Assembly (NCBI GenBank): GCA_013239625.1
Contig: MU054823.1
Coordinates: 276,305-340,304, forward strand
Direction of reading: 5' to 3'
Length of the DNA stretch: 64,000 bases
DNA from: Lama guanicoe
Taxonomy: Eukaryota
In this document: piece by piece, positions 1-12,280 of the stretch
Layout of the letters: every line of letters starts with the position of its first letter
How positions within the stretch are numbered: position 1 is the first letter of the stretch
Position numbers and translations under genes: made by a program
The notes under the pieces: model-generated
Told to the model about the DNA's origin: nothing
What the model saw: the letters and a program-made list of their open reading frames with translations, nothing else
The model's database searches: none

Positions 1-1444
1 GGGGTAGGGGACTCGGGCAGCAGAACCCCTGCCCAAAGTTCTCTGGGAAGACCTCAGGAAGTCGAGGGGGCAAAGGGACCTAGATCCTGCCTCAGACCAC
101 CTGCCTCACTGGTTCCCAGGTTGACAGCCTCTGAGGGAGCCGTGTGCCAGCGCCTGGCTCACCCTGCCCCCCTCGCAGCCCGAGGACGCCCCCAGGGTAC
201 TGACCCTGACACCTGAACCTGAAGCCTCCCCCCCGCCACGTCCCACTGTACCCTCTCCATGTCCCACCCCTAACCGAGACCCCTGGCTCTGTCCCCTGAG
301 CCCCGAGGGCACTGCCTCAGCTCCCTCCCCGAAGCTGGGCCAGCCCATCAGCCCCTGCTGCACACCATCCTCCCAGCAACCCCTTCTCTGTGTCCTCTCT
401 CCAGGTGACTCTGGTGTCTGTGGCCCTGACCCTCATCACCAGGGATGCGGGGACCAGCCCAGAGTGCCCAGCTAGCTGACGCCAGCTGCCCTCCACCTGG
501 CAGGCCGGGGTCTCACTGAGGCCCCGCTCAGAAGCCTGGCGGCCTGACCTCTGGCAGCAGATGGCCTGCGCTCCTCCACAAGGCCTCCTGTCACTAGCCT
601 GGTGACCCGCCTCAGGGCTCCCGCCCTTGTGCTGCGCTCTCCAACCTGCAGCCCCCTTCTCGGGATGCTGCTCGTCTAGCCCCTGGCCGCCTGCTGCTCT
701 GCCCTCATGTGTATGTGACCCGGGCACGGCCAGGCTGAGATGCTGAAGCGTGCGACAAAGTGGGACACTTCAAGACCCCAAAATGCCACAAGCTCTGGTC
801 CTCAGGGGCCCGCATGTCACTACCTCCTAAAGAGACTGAGGAAGAGAGGAGCTGGGGGGGCAGGTGCCCCTCCCACACAGACTTGGGGAGATGGCTCCTC
901 CTCCTCCTAGAATCACACTGAGTCCTGCCAGCTCCCCCAGAAGCGGGGTGGTGGTCCTGCAGACGGCGGGATCCCCGCCAACTCCAGAGAAAGGCCCACG
1001 AGCTCAACAGCAAAAGCTCCCAGGAGTCAGTGGGCGAGGGGCAGCTAAGTGTACCGTGACCCACCGACATCAGAGGTTTCGGAGACACCAGCAAGACCGG
1101 CTGGGGCCACCGAGAGAAGCGAACAGACGTAAAACAGACAGCTGCTGTGCCCAGCGGCAGGCGAGAGCCCTAGGATGCGGCTCCTGCAGCACTGAGAGCG
1201 GGAGGGTCTTGAGCAGCAGGCAGAGGGAGAAGGTTACGTGTAGCTGGGCTGGTGTGGGGCTGCTGGCTGGGCACGGCTGAGAAACTGAGCCAGTGTCTCT
1301 GCAGTTAGTCTGGAGGAACAAACACTGAAGGCAAGGACGCCAGACCCACAGGTCAGGCGAGGACTGCCTCCATCTAAGCACTTCGAGGGCAGAGGGCTCG
1401 TCGCTGGGGGGGGGCAAAGGGACCTAGACCCCACCTCAGACCAC

Positions 1445-1740
1445 AAGTCAAAGTTAACTTATGAGGGGGTCGTAGGCTTAAATGTGATCGCTAAAATAGT
1501 CAAGCCTCTAGAAGAAAATATGACCTTGGGGTAGGAAACTCATTCTTAAATAAGACAAAGAGCACTACTCATAAAAGAAAACGACAAATTAGACATCCTG
1601 AAAAAGCAAGCCCCACACTGTGAGGAGGTACCTGGCAGAAGAACACATTCATAATATACAAAGAACACTGGCAAGTCAATAAAAAGACAAACTAATACAA
1701 AAGTGGATGAAAGACTCCAGGGGTGCTTCATGAAGGAGAC
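1445..1740 (+). mobile_element. Old LINE-1 ORF2 fragment
   Basis: A-rich; resembles L1 ORF2 3' part (ctagaagaaaatatgaccttggggtaggaaa...cttaaataagaca...). Confidence 0.7.
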
Positions 1741-1751
1741 AGTAGTCTACT

Positions 1752-1860
1752 TGTTCGTTCGTTTGTTTGTTTGTTTGTGTGTTTTCTGGGCAGCGAGAGG
1801 TAATTAGGTTTTTATTCATTTATTTTTAGTGTAAGTACCGGGTATTGAGCCCCCGTACTG
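1752..1860 (-). mobile_element. Truncated tRNA-derived SINE (camelid-type) with (TTTG)n tail
   Basis: gaggtaattaggtttttattcatttatttttagtgtaagtaccgggtattgagccc resembles the camelid SINE 3' part as I recall it; (GTTT)n at 1752-1777. Confidence 0.6.
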
Positions 1861-2139
1861 TGGCTCGAGTGCAGACCAGGACAGCCTGGTCCTGCTGGGG
1901 ACCGGCTTTTCTCACTACAGCCCAGCACCCATCCCCTGGCTGAGCTCTGCAGAGATAGGGCTCCCAGCAGGACTGACAGCAGAGACCGGGAACAACTCAG
2001 ATGCCCAATGAGAGCAGAATGAGCACAGGGGCACACCCTTTCGGGAGCACTTCTCAGCAAGGAGAGAAGAGGAGCTTCCACCACACACAGCACCGGCTCA
2101 GGCGGCTGGCCGTAAAGCGCCACAGATGGGCAGCCTGAC

Positions 2140-2420
2140 TTTCTCCCAGTTCCGGAGGCTGCAAGTTCAAGACCAAGGTGGCCTCAGGGCGGGCTCCTGG
2201 CGAGGCCCCTTTTGCTGGCCTCCTGCTGAGTGTTTATAGGGCCCTTCCCCCACGCATCTGCAGGGCAAGCCCTGCTGCCTCATCCTCTTCTTGTGAGGAC
2301 ACCAAGACCCACCCCAATGACCTTATTTAACCTTGATCACCTCTGCAAAGACCCAAATACAGCCACACTGGGGTTCCTGGCAGCAGCCCATGAAACTGTT
2401 CAGACGATTCAGCCCACAGC
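2140..2420. mobile_element. MLT1 (ERVL-MaLR) LTR fragment
   Basis: cagttccggaggctgcaagttcaagaccaaggtgg...atgaccttatttaaccttgatcacctctgcaaagaccc, typical of MLT1. Confidence 0.7.
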
Positions 2421-2639
2421 AAACGGTGAGCAAAGAAGTCAGACACCAAAGAGCACCTACTGTACAAACCTGCTTACATAAAGTTCTTGAGTTTTGAGAC
2501 AGAGCTAGTCTAGAATGACAAAGGCCAGAGGAGTGGAATCTGTGGGGTGGGCGGGGTGCGACGGGAGCGGCACACAGAGGCCTCAAGGGGCAGGAGATGG
2601 GCATACCCTGACCTCTGCGGCAGGCACGCAAGCTAACCC

Positions 2640-3260
2640 ACAGAACCGACCACTGAAAATGCAAACATGCCACGGACGATTTCAAAGGGAAATCCAAGAG
2701 GAAGGTCTCTGCAGAGGCCAAATTCAGGAACAAAACTTGTATATGATAAAGGTGACATTTTTAAATATTGGGAAAAAGTCTGAATGTCTAATAAATGGTC
2801 CTGAGACAACCAGGTAAGCATTAAACAAAATTAAATTTGACCTTTAATCGTGCACCATGTTCCCAAATAAATTCCAGGTAGATTGCAGTTTTAAATGTAA
2901 AACTTGAAAAGACAGCACTAGAAAAAAATATAATTGAACTCATGTAATCTTGGGATGAGGAAGGCTGTTCTAAGCAAATCAATATACCACGTCTTAAAAG
3001 ACTGACAGATTTAAATACAGAGGAAAGTAAAAAGCCGTGTTAAAAAATCCTTATAAACAAAATGAAACGCAAAATTGAAACAGAAAAAAATGTATAGTTT
3101 GCCAAAAGGGTGCCACCCTCAATAATTAGAGAGTCTCGCAAACCTGTGAGAAACAGGCCAGAAGCAAACGAACAGTAAACATAAAAACGGTTGAACATGA
3201 CAAATCAGACAGCTTTCTCCCCTAGTAAGATGTCAGGAGCTTTCTGGCAGCGGCGGCTAA
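2640..3260 (+). mobile_element. Old LINE-1 ORF2 fragment
   Basis: A-rich; aataaatggtcctgagacaac, ccaaataaattccaggtagatt...ttaaatgtaaaa, L1M-like. Confidence 0.65.
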
Positions 3261-6200
3261 CGCTGGGAAGGACATGGGAAGACACAAACCAGCGAGCAGG
3301 AGGTGCTCTCCCTAAAGCCGGGAACCAGGCCGTCCTGTCCTGGATCAATCGACTTCAGCAGCCCGCAGGTCAGGGTGTGCCTACACAACCCACAGGCGAA
3401 TGTCACCTGCTCCCCTCCAGAAAGTTTCGCCCTGCAGACACCACAGGGCGGGGCCGTCTGCAGGGGTGGGGAGAGGAGGTGGCGGCAGTGTCCGCGGACC
3501 TGGTCTCACAGCGGGGACCTCGCCAGCACTTGCAGGGACCCGCTGAGCAGAAGTCCAGTGGAAAGCGCTCACCCAGCGCCCGGCCCAAGTAGGCGCTAGG
3601 GGTAGCGTGGGGGAGCCCCCGAGGGCAGAGGGGTGCAGCCAACCCCAGCGCGCCTGCATGCAAACCCCGCCCCGGCACGCCCACCTGGGCCGCTGCTGCA
3701 GGTGGGCAGGGCGGGGCTTGGCGCGTCTCCCCGCTCGGCCCCGCCCCCCACCCAGGAGCCCCTCCGCCAAGGGAACAGAGCCCAGGCGGTNNNNNNNNNN
3801 NNNNNNNNNNNNNNNNNNNNNNNNNNNNNNNNNNNNNNNNNNNNNNNNNNNNNNNNNNNNNNNNNNNNNNNNNNNNNNNNNNNNNNNNNNNNNNNNNNNN
3901 NNNNNNNNNNNNNNNNNNNNNNNNNNNNNNNNNNNNNNNNNNNNNNNNNNNNNNNNNNNNNNNNNNNNNNNNNNNNNNNNNNNNNNNNNNNNNNNNNNNN
4001 NNACCGCAAATTAAACCGGGGCTCCTGACTCTGGGGAGTGGGCGGGGCAGCCACGGAAACCTTGCTGACTTCGAGGAAAGTCAAGAAAATAAACCGGCTG
4101 TGCACCCGCCTGCTGCTTGTGCTTGCTGCTCTGGCTCTGGGAGACGGGAGTGCAGGCCCAGAGCCAGGCACGGGGAGAGCTGGGGTCAGGGTCCCACCAG
4201 GCGTGGTGCCTGCCCTGCGAGCAGGAGCGGCTGGGGAAGGGCAGCAGTCACTGGCCCGTCCCCCACACAGAAGTCTCTGCAGCCACAGCCCCTCCCACCT
4301 GGAGCAGACATCTCAAAGCAAACAAATGCCCCATGATTCCTGAGCTGTCCCGCAGCTTGCACACGAAGAGACCCTCTGACAGCCTTAGAAGGAGGTGCCA
4401 GGTGGGAGAAGATGTGATATGGATAGCCTCCCAGCAGTGGGTGGTCTGCATTCTGGTTCAGAAACCCTGATGCTGGTCGGAGCCTTGAGTGGTGGTGGTG
4501 GGGGGACATGCCTCCTCTGAGGGCCCAGCACCTCCTTGGAGCTCCTGAGCCCTTAGGGAGCCTCCTGCTCAGAGAACGTGAGGGTGACATGGGGCAAGGC
4601 AGATGCCACAGGGTGGGGCCTTGGGAAGAGGCAGTGACTAAGGCGGCCTGAAGCCCACCAGGGCCTGAGCAAGCACTTGCTTGTGGGAGACCTTTGGATA
4701 TGGTCCTCTGTGCTGTGAGTCCCTGGGCCCCACAGCCAACACAGGGGGCCCGTCTTCCCGTGCTACCCAGACCCCTAGAACAACGCCTCCCCGCAACCAT
4801 CTCCAGAGGCCCTGGTCCAGCCCTGAGAAAGGAATCATGTTTTGGGGTAAGATCAGGCTGGAGGGTTGATAGATGCAAAGAGTTAAATATGATATTGATT
4901 ATTTGAACGATGCTTTACTACCACCTCTAAAACCAGGATAAAAGTGGTATTTAAAACGGTGTTTGACTGTGTAAGGCACCCAAGAACCGCTGGGTGACAA
5001 GGACGTTTTATTTCTTCCTGTCAGGGGCAGTATTTTCAGCTTCCCCTGCGCCTCATTCGCAGGGACACCTGGGGCACCAACCCAGACACACGAGGGCCCA
5101 CAGTGCAAGGTGTGGTCAGGGTCTGGGCATCGCCAAGGGAGACCTCCCACAGGGCTCCACAGGGAAGGTGCTCACAGGCCCTTCCCAGCTGCCTTCAGAG
5201 CGAAGCTTCCATCCGGCAGACAGAAGGGATGCTGCTCTCTCTGGGTTTATCCTGAAACACCCAACCTGGCCTGTCTGACTCTTCCTTACGAGCCGCTGTG
5301 CTGACACCAAGCACATGGGGAGGCCACACTGTGGCCTGTGGTTGTGGCAGTGGCAGCGTCGCATGGGGCCCTGCGGATGCTGTCCAGTCAGGGTTTGCCC
5401 ATAGGGAGCCAGGCCTGCGAGAAGCACACGGCGGTTTGAAGGCCTTGGCCACCCCAGCCAGCTCCAGAAGAGCAGAGAAGTCACCTGTGTGTCTCACGAT
5501 CAAGACACAGTCACCACGCAGGCAAGACAGGCCCGGCCAGGTGAAGGATGCAGCAGGGATGGAGGGTGGCCTGGGAGAGCGCTGACCCGCGGGGCTGGTG
5601 CAGTAGGGCGGAGGCAGGAGATTCAGAGCAGGAACAGCACAGGGCCCGAGGCGGCCAGCACTCCGGGCCCGGAGCCCAGCACCCTTCCTGCCCCTCCTCC
5701 CTCCTCACTGGGAAGCCCAAGGCTCCGAGAGCAGCTCCCCACACCAAGGGGAAGAGGGCCAGGTGCTGGAGCAGGACAGGAGGGATGTCTATGGAGAAAG
5801 GGGAGAGAAAAACACAAGTGTGGAGGCAGCAACAGAAAAGGAGGGAGAGACTGAAGAAAGAGGGCCAAGGGCTGGAGGGCCCGAACCCTGCACAGACGTG
5901 GGAGACCAGCAGGCCTGGGGGCTAGCCGGACCAGGGAGACAGTCCTGGCAGGGACCTGTGACAGGGCCCAGGGCAGGAGGGCAGAGCACGCTGGCCTTCT
6001 CAGGGGGCTGCTGTGCCCCACCACCCCAACCTTGGCCCTAGCCCTGCCCAGCAGCTCCTACCTGCCCACACGGCCCTCAGGGACACAGACACCAGGGCCA
6101 CACCAGGGCCCGAGAGCTCCGGGCCAGCTCCCTGTGGGCAGCTCACTGCCTATATGATGGCAGGTCCCAGCCTGAGGCGGAGCAAATGGGGGGCCCTGGT

Positions 6201-8199
6201 ATCTGCTACTTCTTCCCTCTGCTCCCACACCATCCACAGATGGAGCCCGGGTACCACCTCTCATGTGTTCTCACCACAAACACTCCGACTACAGTACCTG
6301 TGACCCCAGACCCTGCACCAGCAGTCCCCACGGCCAGGGAAGAGTGATGGCACAGATACCATGCTAGGCGATGCCCGTCACAGGGGCTGTGTGACCACTG
6401 AGCTGGGCTGAGGCTGGGCCAACAGGGAGGTGGCACGTTAGCCCACCCGACCCCGCCCACCACAGGCACCTAAGCACCCCCATGTCAATGCCCCCAGTGC
6501 CAGCGACCCCCCCCAGGGACAGCGCACAGAGAGCGAAGGAAGAGGCAGCCAGAAGGATGGCTCAGGTTCACCCTTGCCTGGGAGCACAGGGGTCTTGCGG
6601 CACTGGGGCAGCCCAGCTGCACACAGCCTCTCCTCAGGGCTCCAGATCCTTAGTTCTGATCTCTGCAGAGGTGTCACAGGGGCCATCCTGGAGCTGCCCA
6701 CACAGGTGGGGACAGGGATGAAGGAACGAGCAGAACCTGGACCTGGAGAGACTGGCTGGCCTGGAGCTCAGCTCCTGAGGTCCTAAGGCCAGAGGGGCCC
6801 TGGGGAGCTAACTTGCCACCCCATGCCGGGATGGGAGTGTCTGACAACGAGCACAGAGGAGGAGGAGGAAGCAGCGGGGTCACCTCGCTGGGACACCAGC
6901 TGGACCCTGGCGCCCAGGGCACTCCTCCTCAGGGTCCCAGGCCTGGTGCTGCCAGTAAGGGGCTGGGCTCCAACATCGCCAAGAGAGGCCCCTCTGGACC
7001 AGGCTCCGGAGGGAGAGTAGGTGTCCCTCAGCATCCCAGTCCCGGGGCCGACAGGGGACGGCTGTGCCTTGGCGGGCTGGTCTCCTCCTCCACCTCCCCA
7101 AAACCGCCGAGGGCATGAGGGGTGAAGGCAGTGAGGCGTCAAGGCCCCACACCCCCACCCGAGCCCCAGGCCCTCCCCACGCCCCATGGAGGAGCGCGGG
7201 CGGGCATTCAGGCCTGGGGGCTGCCGACAGCTGAAAGGCCTGCTAGACTCAGAGAAATACATAAATAACCCGGCGCGCTTTGAACCGACCCCCAGATTAA
7301 GAGCTGCACCCTTGCTGTCAGGCCCCGCCAGCAGCCCCTGTGCGCCTCCCGTGTAGAAACGCACCTCAGCTCATCTGTTAGGATGATGCAGGCAGAGGGG
7401 CCGACAGCCGCGCTCCTTCCTTNNNNNNNNNNNNNNNNNNNNNNNNNNNNNNNNNNNNNNNNNNNNNNNNNNNNNNNNNNNNNNNNNNNNNNNNNNNNNN
7501 NNNNNNNNNNNNNNNNNNNNNNNNNNNNNNNNNNNNNNNNNNNNNNNNNNNNNNNNNNNNNNNNNNNNNNNNNNNNNNNNNNNNNNNNNNNNNNNNNNNN
7601 NNNNNNNNNNNNNNNNNNNNNNNNNCACATTACCTTTTACAGCACTTGGGGAGCCGCAGCCGCCTGCTCTCATAAAGCAAAGCCCTACAACACCTGCCGG
7701 AGGAGGCCTGCTCCAGCACCACGCAGGGAAGTGGACGGGGTCAAAGGTGGGAGGGGAGAGGGCGGGGCACCCCGTGGGCCCTCCCTGACCCCTGCAGGCG
7801 CCCACCAAGTCCTCCCAGAAGAAGGCCCAGAGGAGGCCCCGCCCTCATCTTTCCAAAGCCCCAGCACTAAGAGTGCTGGGCACACACTCCCTGCCACCCT
7901 CAGGCCAAGCCTCTTGCTCCAATTTGTTTCCCTGTTTCTTCACATTCCACCCTGGTGGGTGCTCTGGGCCACTCGCTGACCGCTCTCGGGGCCTGGGCTG
8001 GTGAGGGGCGTATGTGAGAGGGTGGAGGGCAGGGTTCAGCAGAGAGCAGAGCCGGGTGAAACCCCCGGAGGGAGCTGTCCCTGGCCTCACGCTCTGGAAG
8101 GGGGGCCGACACAAGCCCCCCAGAGGGCCCACCACCAGACTCCTCCTCCTGGGCAGGAAACAGAGCCCCCACTCAAGCTGAGGTCGGCTTGGCCAGGGA

Positions 8200-8990
8200 A
8201 GGGGAGGGCAGAGGGCCTTAAACAAGCAAACAGCCCGGCGGCTAAACAACAGGAAACAAACCAGCAATAAAAAACGGGCAAAGGATGCGAGCAGCTCTGA
8301 CACCATGAATGGCCTTAAATAACCCTACGAATAAGCGTTCAACATCACTGGTAATCAGGGAAACGTGTTTAAACCACAGCGAGACGCCAGCATACCTTGG
8401 GAATGTGAAAACCAAAAACCAAATGCTGCAACAGGAACAGGAGGGGGCACTGCCCCGAGGAAGGGGCTCAGCAGTTTCACACGCGGTCAGATGCACCTCT
8501 TCCCGGGTCCCCATGGCCCACTCCTAGAAAAGTTCCCACAAGGAACAGCAAACGGGCCGACACAGAGCCGTGTGTGAGCAGCCAGCAGCCTCACCCACCA
8601 CCACCCAGATGTCCGTTGGGAGGAGAAGCAACCGTCAGAGGATGCTGGGGGCGCAACGTGGCCGGCGCACGACGGTGCTGAGGGTGTCGGAGATGGAGGT
8701 GCCAAGTGTGCACCTGGCATCCGCGACGTTCTGGAACCAGCCAAACAAACCACAGTGACAGTAGTGAGAAGAGGGTTCCTGGCAGATGAGGTACTGATGG
8801 GTGTGACTGAGAGGACGTGCAGGTGGCGGGACGCCCCCCTCAACCCCGGCAATGACAGCAGGGCTTTTACACAGAGGTCTGCACTGGTCCAAACTCAGAC
8901 AACTGTACGCTTAGATTCGTGCATCTCACTGGATATACGTTCTACCTGCAAAAAGAACTATTAGCAAATGCCGAGCTCTAGTGACTGGCT
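8200..8990 (+). mobile_element. Degenerate LINE-1 3' end (L1ME-like)
   Basis: gttcaacatcactggtaatcaggga...aaccac..gagac; aaactcagacaactgtacgcttagattcgtgcat. Confidence 0.6.
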
Positions 8991-11959
8991 GTGCAGAGAA
9001 AAGAGGGGCCAGGCGTCTCTCCGACGGAAAGGCAGTCCAGAGAGGTCGTGTGGCCACGGAACCGGCAGCATCAGTATGAACCCGAGGTCTTAATCCAGAG
9101 AGAGCTGTGCACACAGCTGCACAGACTCTGAGCTGGGAAGGCCTGGGAGAAGGACACACACCCCTGCCTGACCTTCCCCTCCACACGGTCCCCTCACCCC
9201 GCAGCTCTGTCCACAAGACAGCTGGCTGTGGGGGCCACGGGGGACGGAGAGCCAAGTCCCAGGAGAGCTTGCAGCTCCTGCTGTGCAGGTGAGCGAGGCT
9301 CAGGATGATGATGCCACGTGCAGAGGACGCAGGGCCAGCACAGGGGCCTCCACAGGCCAGGGCTGTTGCCACTGGAGGGTCAAAATGAACCATAATGATA
9401 TCAGACTGCAACCTGGCAAACAGAACAAGAACTCAGAGTCCACATCATTACAAACAAGCAAATGTACAAGGCAACGGGGGATCCGGACAGCGGCTCCTCA
9501 CAACACAGCAACCAACCAGTACGGACACAGTGAGGGGCTGGAGTCACTGAGGGTCTAGAAGCACCGGGTGATGTCCAACAGGAAAGGATGCCATTGCGGG
9601 CTCCACGCACCTCCCCACCAGCACCCAGAGGGACCCACACCCCAGAGAAGCCTGCTACATCAGCCAGGTCCCCCAGGCTGCACCGAGGGCCGCCCAGCAC
9701 CTCCGCTGCGCGAATCTGAGGCTCCTGACACACGAGGAGGCCTCTGCTGCTGGTGTCCGGCTGTGGAAGGCGGCCCCGGACTCAATGGGGCTGAAGAGGC
9801 AGGACCCCCGCAGCCAGCTCTGCCTCCAGGCCACGCCCGTGCAGCAGGGACCACACCACGGTGCCTGGTCAAGGGCACTGAGTCTCCGACTTCCTCACCA
9901 ACGGTGGTCTGTGAGCAGAGGGGCGAGGTACAAACCACGGTGAGTTCAGCTGAAGGATACCTGGCGGTTCCCTCTACTACTGCTGCAATTTTCCTCTAAG
10001 TACAAGCGCAGATCAAAATAGTTACCCCAAAAATTAAATGTTAAAAAACTGATTACGAGAGGGAACAGGAGCGAGCCTAGGAGCCCATGGTCACCGCCCC
10101 CGGCTCCTCCTGGCCCGGGGGCCCTGACTCCACGCACCCCTCCCCCAAGACAGCCCACTCACTGTTTGGGCAGCTTCTCCAGGGGCAGAGGAGTGATCAC
10201 AGCAACAGGGTGCTCCCCCCATCCACCGTGCTGACATAAAGTGGGGAGAGCTGCCTGGGGTCCACTCAGGCCACAAGCCACGGAGCAGCCCACCTGTGAC
10301 CATCTGCAGGGCTGGGCAGAGAGAGAGGCGGTGCTGGGATCAGCGGGCCCCTGGGCAGCCAGGCGGCCCTGGAGAGGGAGCTGGGTCAGGGTCACTCTCT
10401 ACTTGCTTGGCACTGCGCAGGCCTGGTCTAGTTATCCTAGACTCGCCCCTGAAGCCTCAGGTCTGGTGGAGCCTCTGCACTCAAACGTGCTTTGCCCCCT
10501 GCCCGGGCCTTCTCACAGTCTCTCCTGTGCTGTGTGTATCATTTCCTCTGCAGGAGTGACCCCCTCTGCCTGGCTACCTCCTACTTACTGCAGCCAGGCC
10601 TGGGTGAGCCTGCCTCCCAGGCCTGCTGGACCCCTGGCACGCTGGCCCAGGGACACTCCGTCCCTTACTAGGCCTCAGCTTCCAGGCACGCAGGGGCCCA
10701 ACACAGGGCAGGCCATCCGCAGACACTTATAGGGTGAGGAGACAAGTGAAAGGGCAGGAGAGGACTGGGTCCTCTTCCACAGGCCCAGGGGCAGCGAGGA
10801 GTCACTACAGCCAGCTGCCTGGGGACCCTGGGCCTGCTCTGCTCAGCCTGCAACACCTATGAACCAGGGAAAGGACACACTCAGGTCCTGAGCAGTTAAG
10901 AGCCACAACCCAAAGACCTCCAGGCTCTAACCTAGGTCGAAGACCTGCCTCCCGGAGGACAGCCCTGTCAGGCAGAGAGGAGGCATGGCGGACCCCGCAG
11001 AACGGGTGGGGGGCTTCCTCTCCGGGCCCACGCTTGGCTCCTGGAGGAAGTGCCCCCTTCCTCAGGGCAGCCCTCACAGCCTGCTGGAGACAGAGCAGGC
11101 TGGGCCTGAACCAGGCATCCCAGACTCACAGCCCGGCCGGCATCCAGGTGAAAGCAGGGGACGTTCTCCTCCCTTGAAACGGACACCTCCCTTTGTAACA
11201 GAACCAGTTCAGAATTCTGCTGCCCACTCGCCTCCATGCCTCAGCCCCTTGACGGGCAGCTTGAGCAGTGCTGGCCTGGCCCCCTCCTCAGCTGCTGGTG
11301 CAGGCTGCTCACAGACAGGGCCATCGTGGGGCGGGCAGAGGCACGGGGTGGACGGAGCCAGTAGCAGTGAGCGGCGTGTGCCCGGGGCTGCACATAGCAG
11401 TACCAGCCTGGGGAGCACGGGCTGCTGCCCCCACCCTGACCACCCACGCCTCTGCCGGTCCAGCAGGCCCAGGTCCCACTGTCAGCGCTGGCCTCCAGGT
11501 GAGCTCTGCAGCCATTCTGGGCTCCTTCCCAGGCCCACAGGAAAGGCCCTCCCAAGGCAGCCCACACTCACCTCGCAGGCCTCACCCCCGGAGGAGCCTT
11601 CCCAGCACCCCACTGTCCGCTTGCTTCCTGACCACCTCTGGCTGGGAGGCGAGCACTGTGGGCGGAGCACCGCCCACCACGACGTCTGCACCCAGGAATT
11701 CACAGGGGGAGCCCTGTCAGCCAGCACCCGGCACAGGAGCTGGCCTGGGCTGAGCTGGGAGGAGTCTGCCGTGCCAGGCCCAGGCCCTCACCAGAGACAG
11801 CAGGGCCTGGAGTGTGGCCACGGCGGAAGGGACGTGGAAGGGAGCACTGCTTCACAGAAGGGTTCACCCCGTGCTCCTCTAACTGCCACACCCTTTGGGG
11901 CAGGACAGGAGGCTGTGAGGACCCCACAGGGCAGGTCTGGGGACGAGCAGGACACCCCC

Positions 11960-12280
11960 TACTCTGGACTGAAGGCTGTGTCCCCCCAAACTCCTGTGGT
12001 GAAGCCCTGGCCCCAGTGTGGTGGTGCTTGGACTTGGGCCTTTAGGAGGCAACGTGGGTGAGGTGAGATCGTCGGGGCAGGGCCCCAAGACGGGCTTAGT
12101 GGCCCTGCAAGGCCCCAGAGCCTTCCACTCTCCCTCCCGCCTGAGAGGACACCGCGAGCCCCAGGAGGGAGCAGGCCCTGCCAGCACCCTGACCTCAGAC
12201 TCCCAGCCTGCAGACCGTGAGAAACGAACGTCTGCCGTCCAAGCCCGACACTCCGGGAACTGGAGGGAGGAGCCGTCTGC
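11960..12280. mobile_element. MLT1 LTR
   Basis: tggactgaaggctgtgtcccccc...ggccctgccagcaccctgacctcagactcccagcctgcagaccgtgagaaa, MLT1A/B-like. Confidence 0.75.

Noticed and set aside
10985-12061. 358-aa ORF on + strand
   Set aside because: Low-complexity GC-driven ORF that runs into an MLT1 LTR; no homology recognisable.
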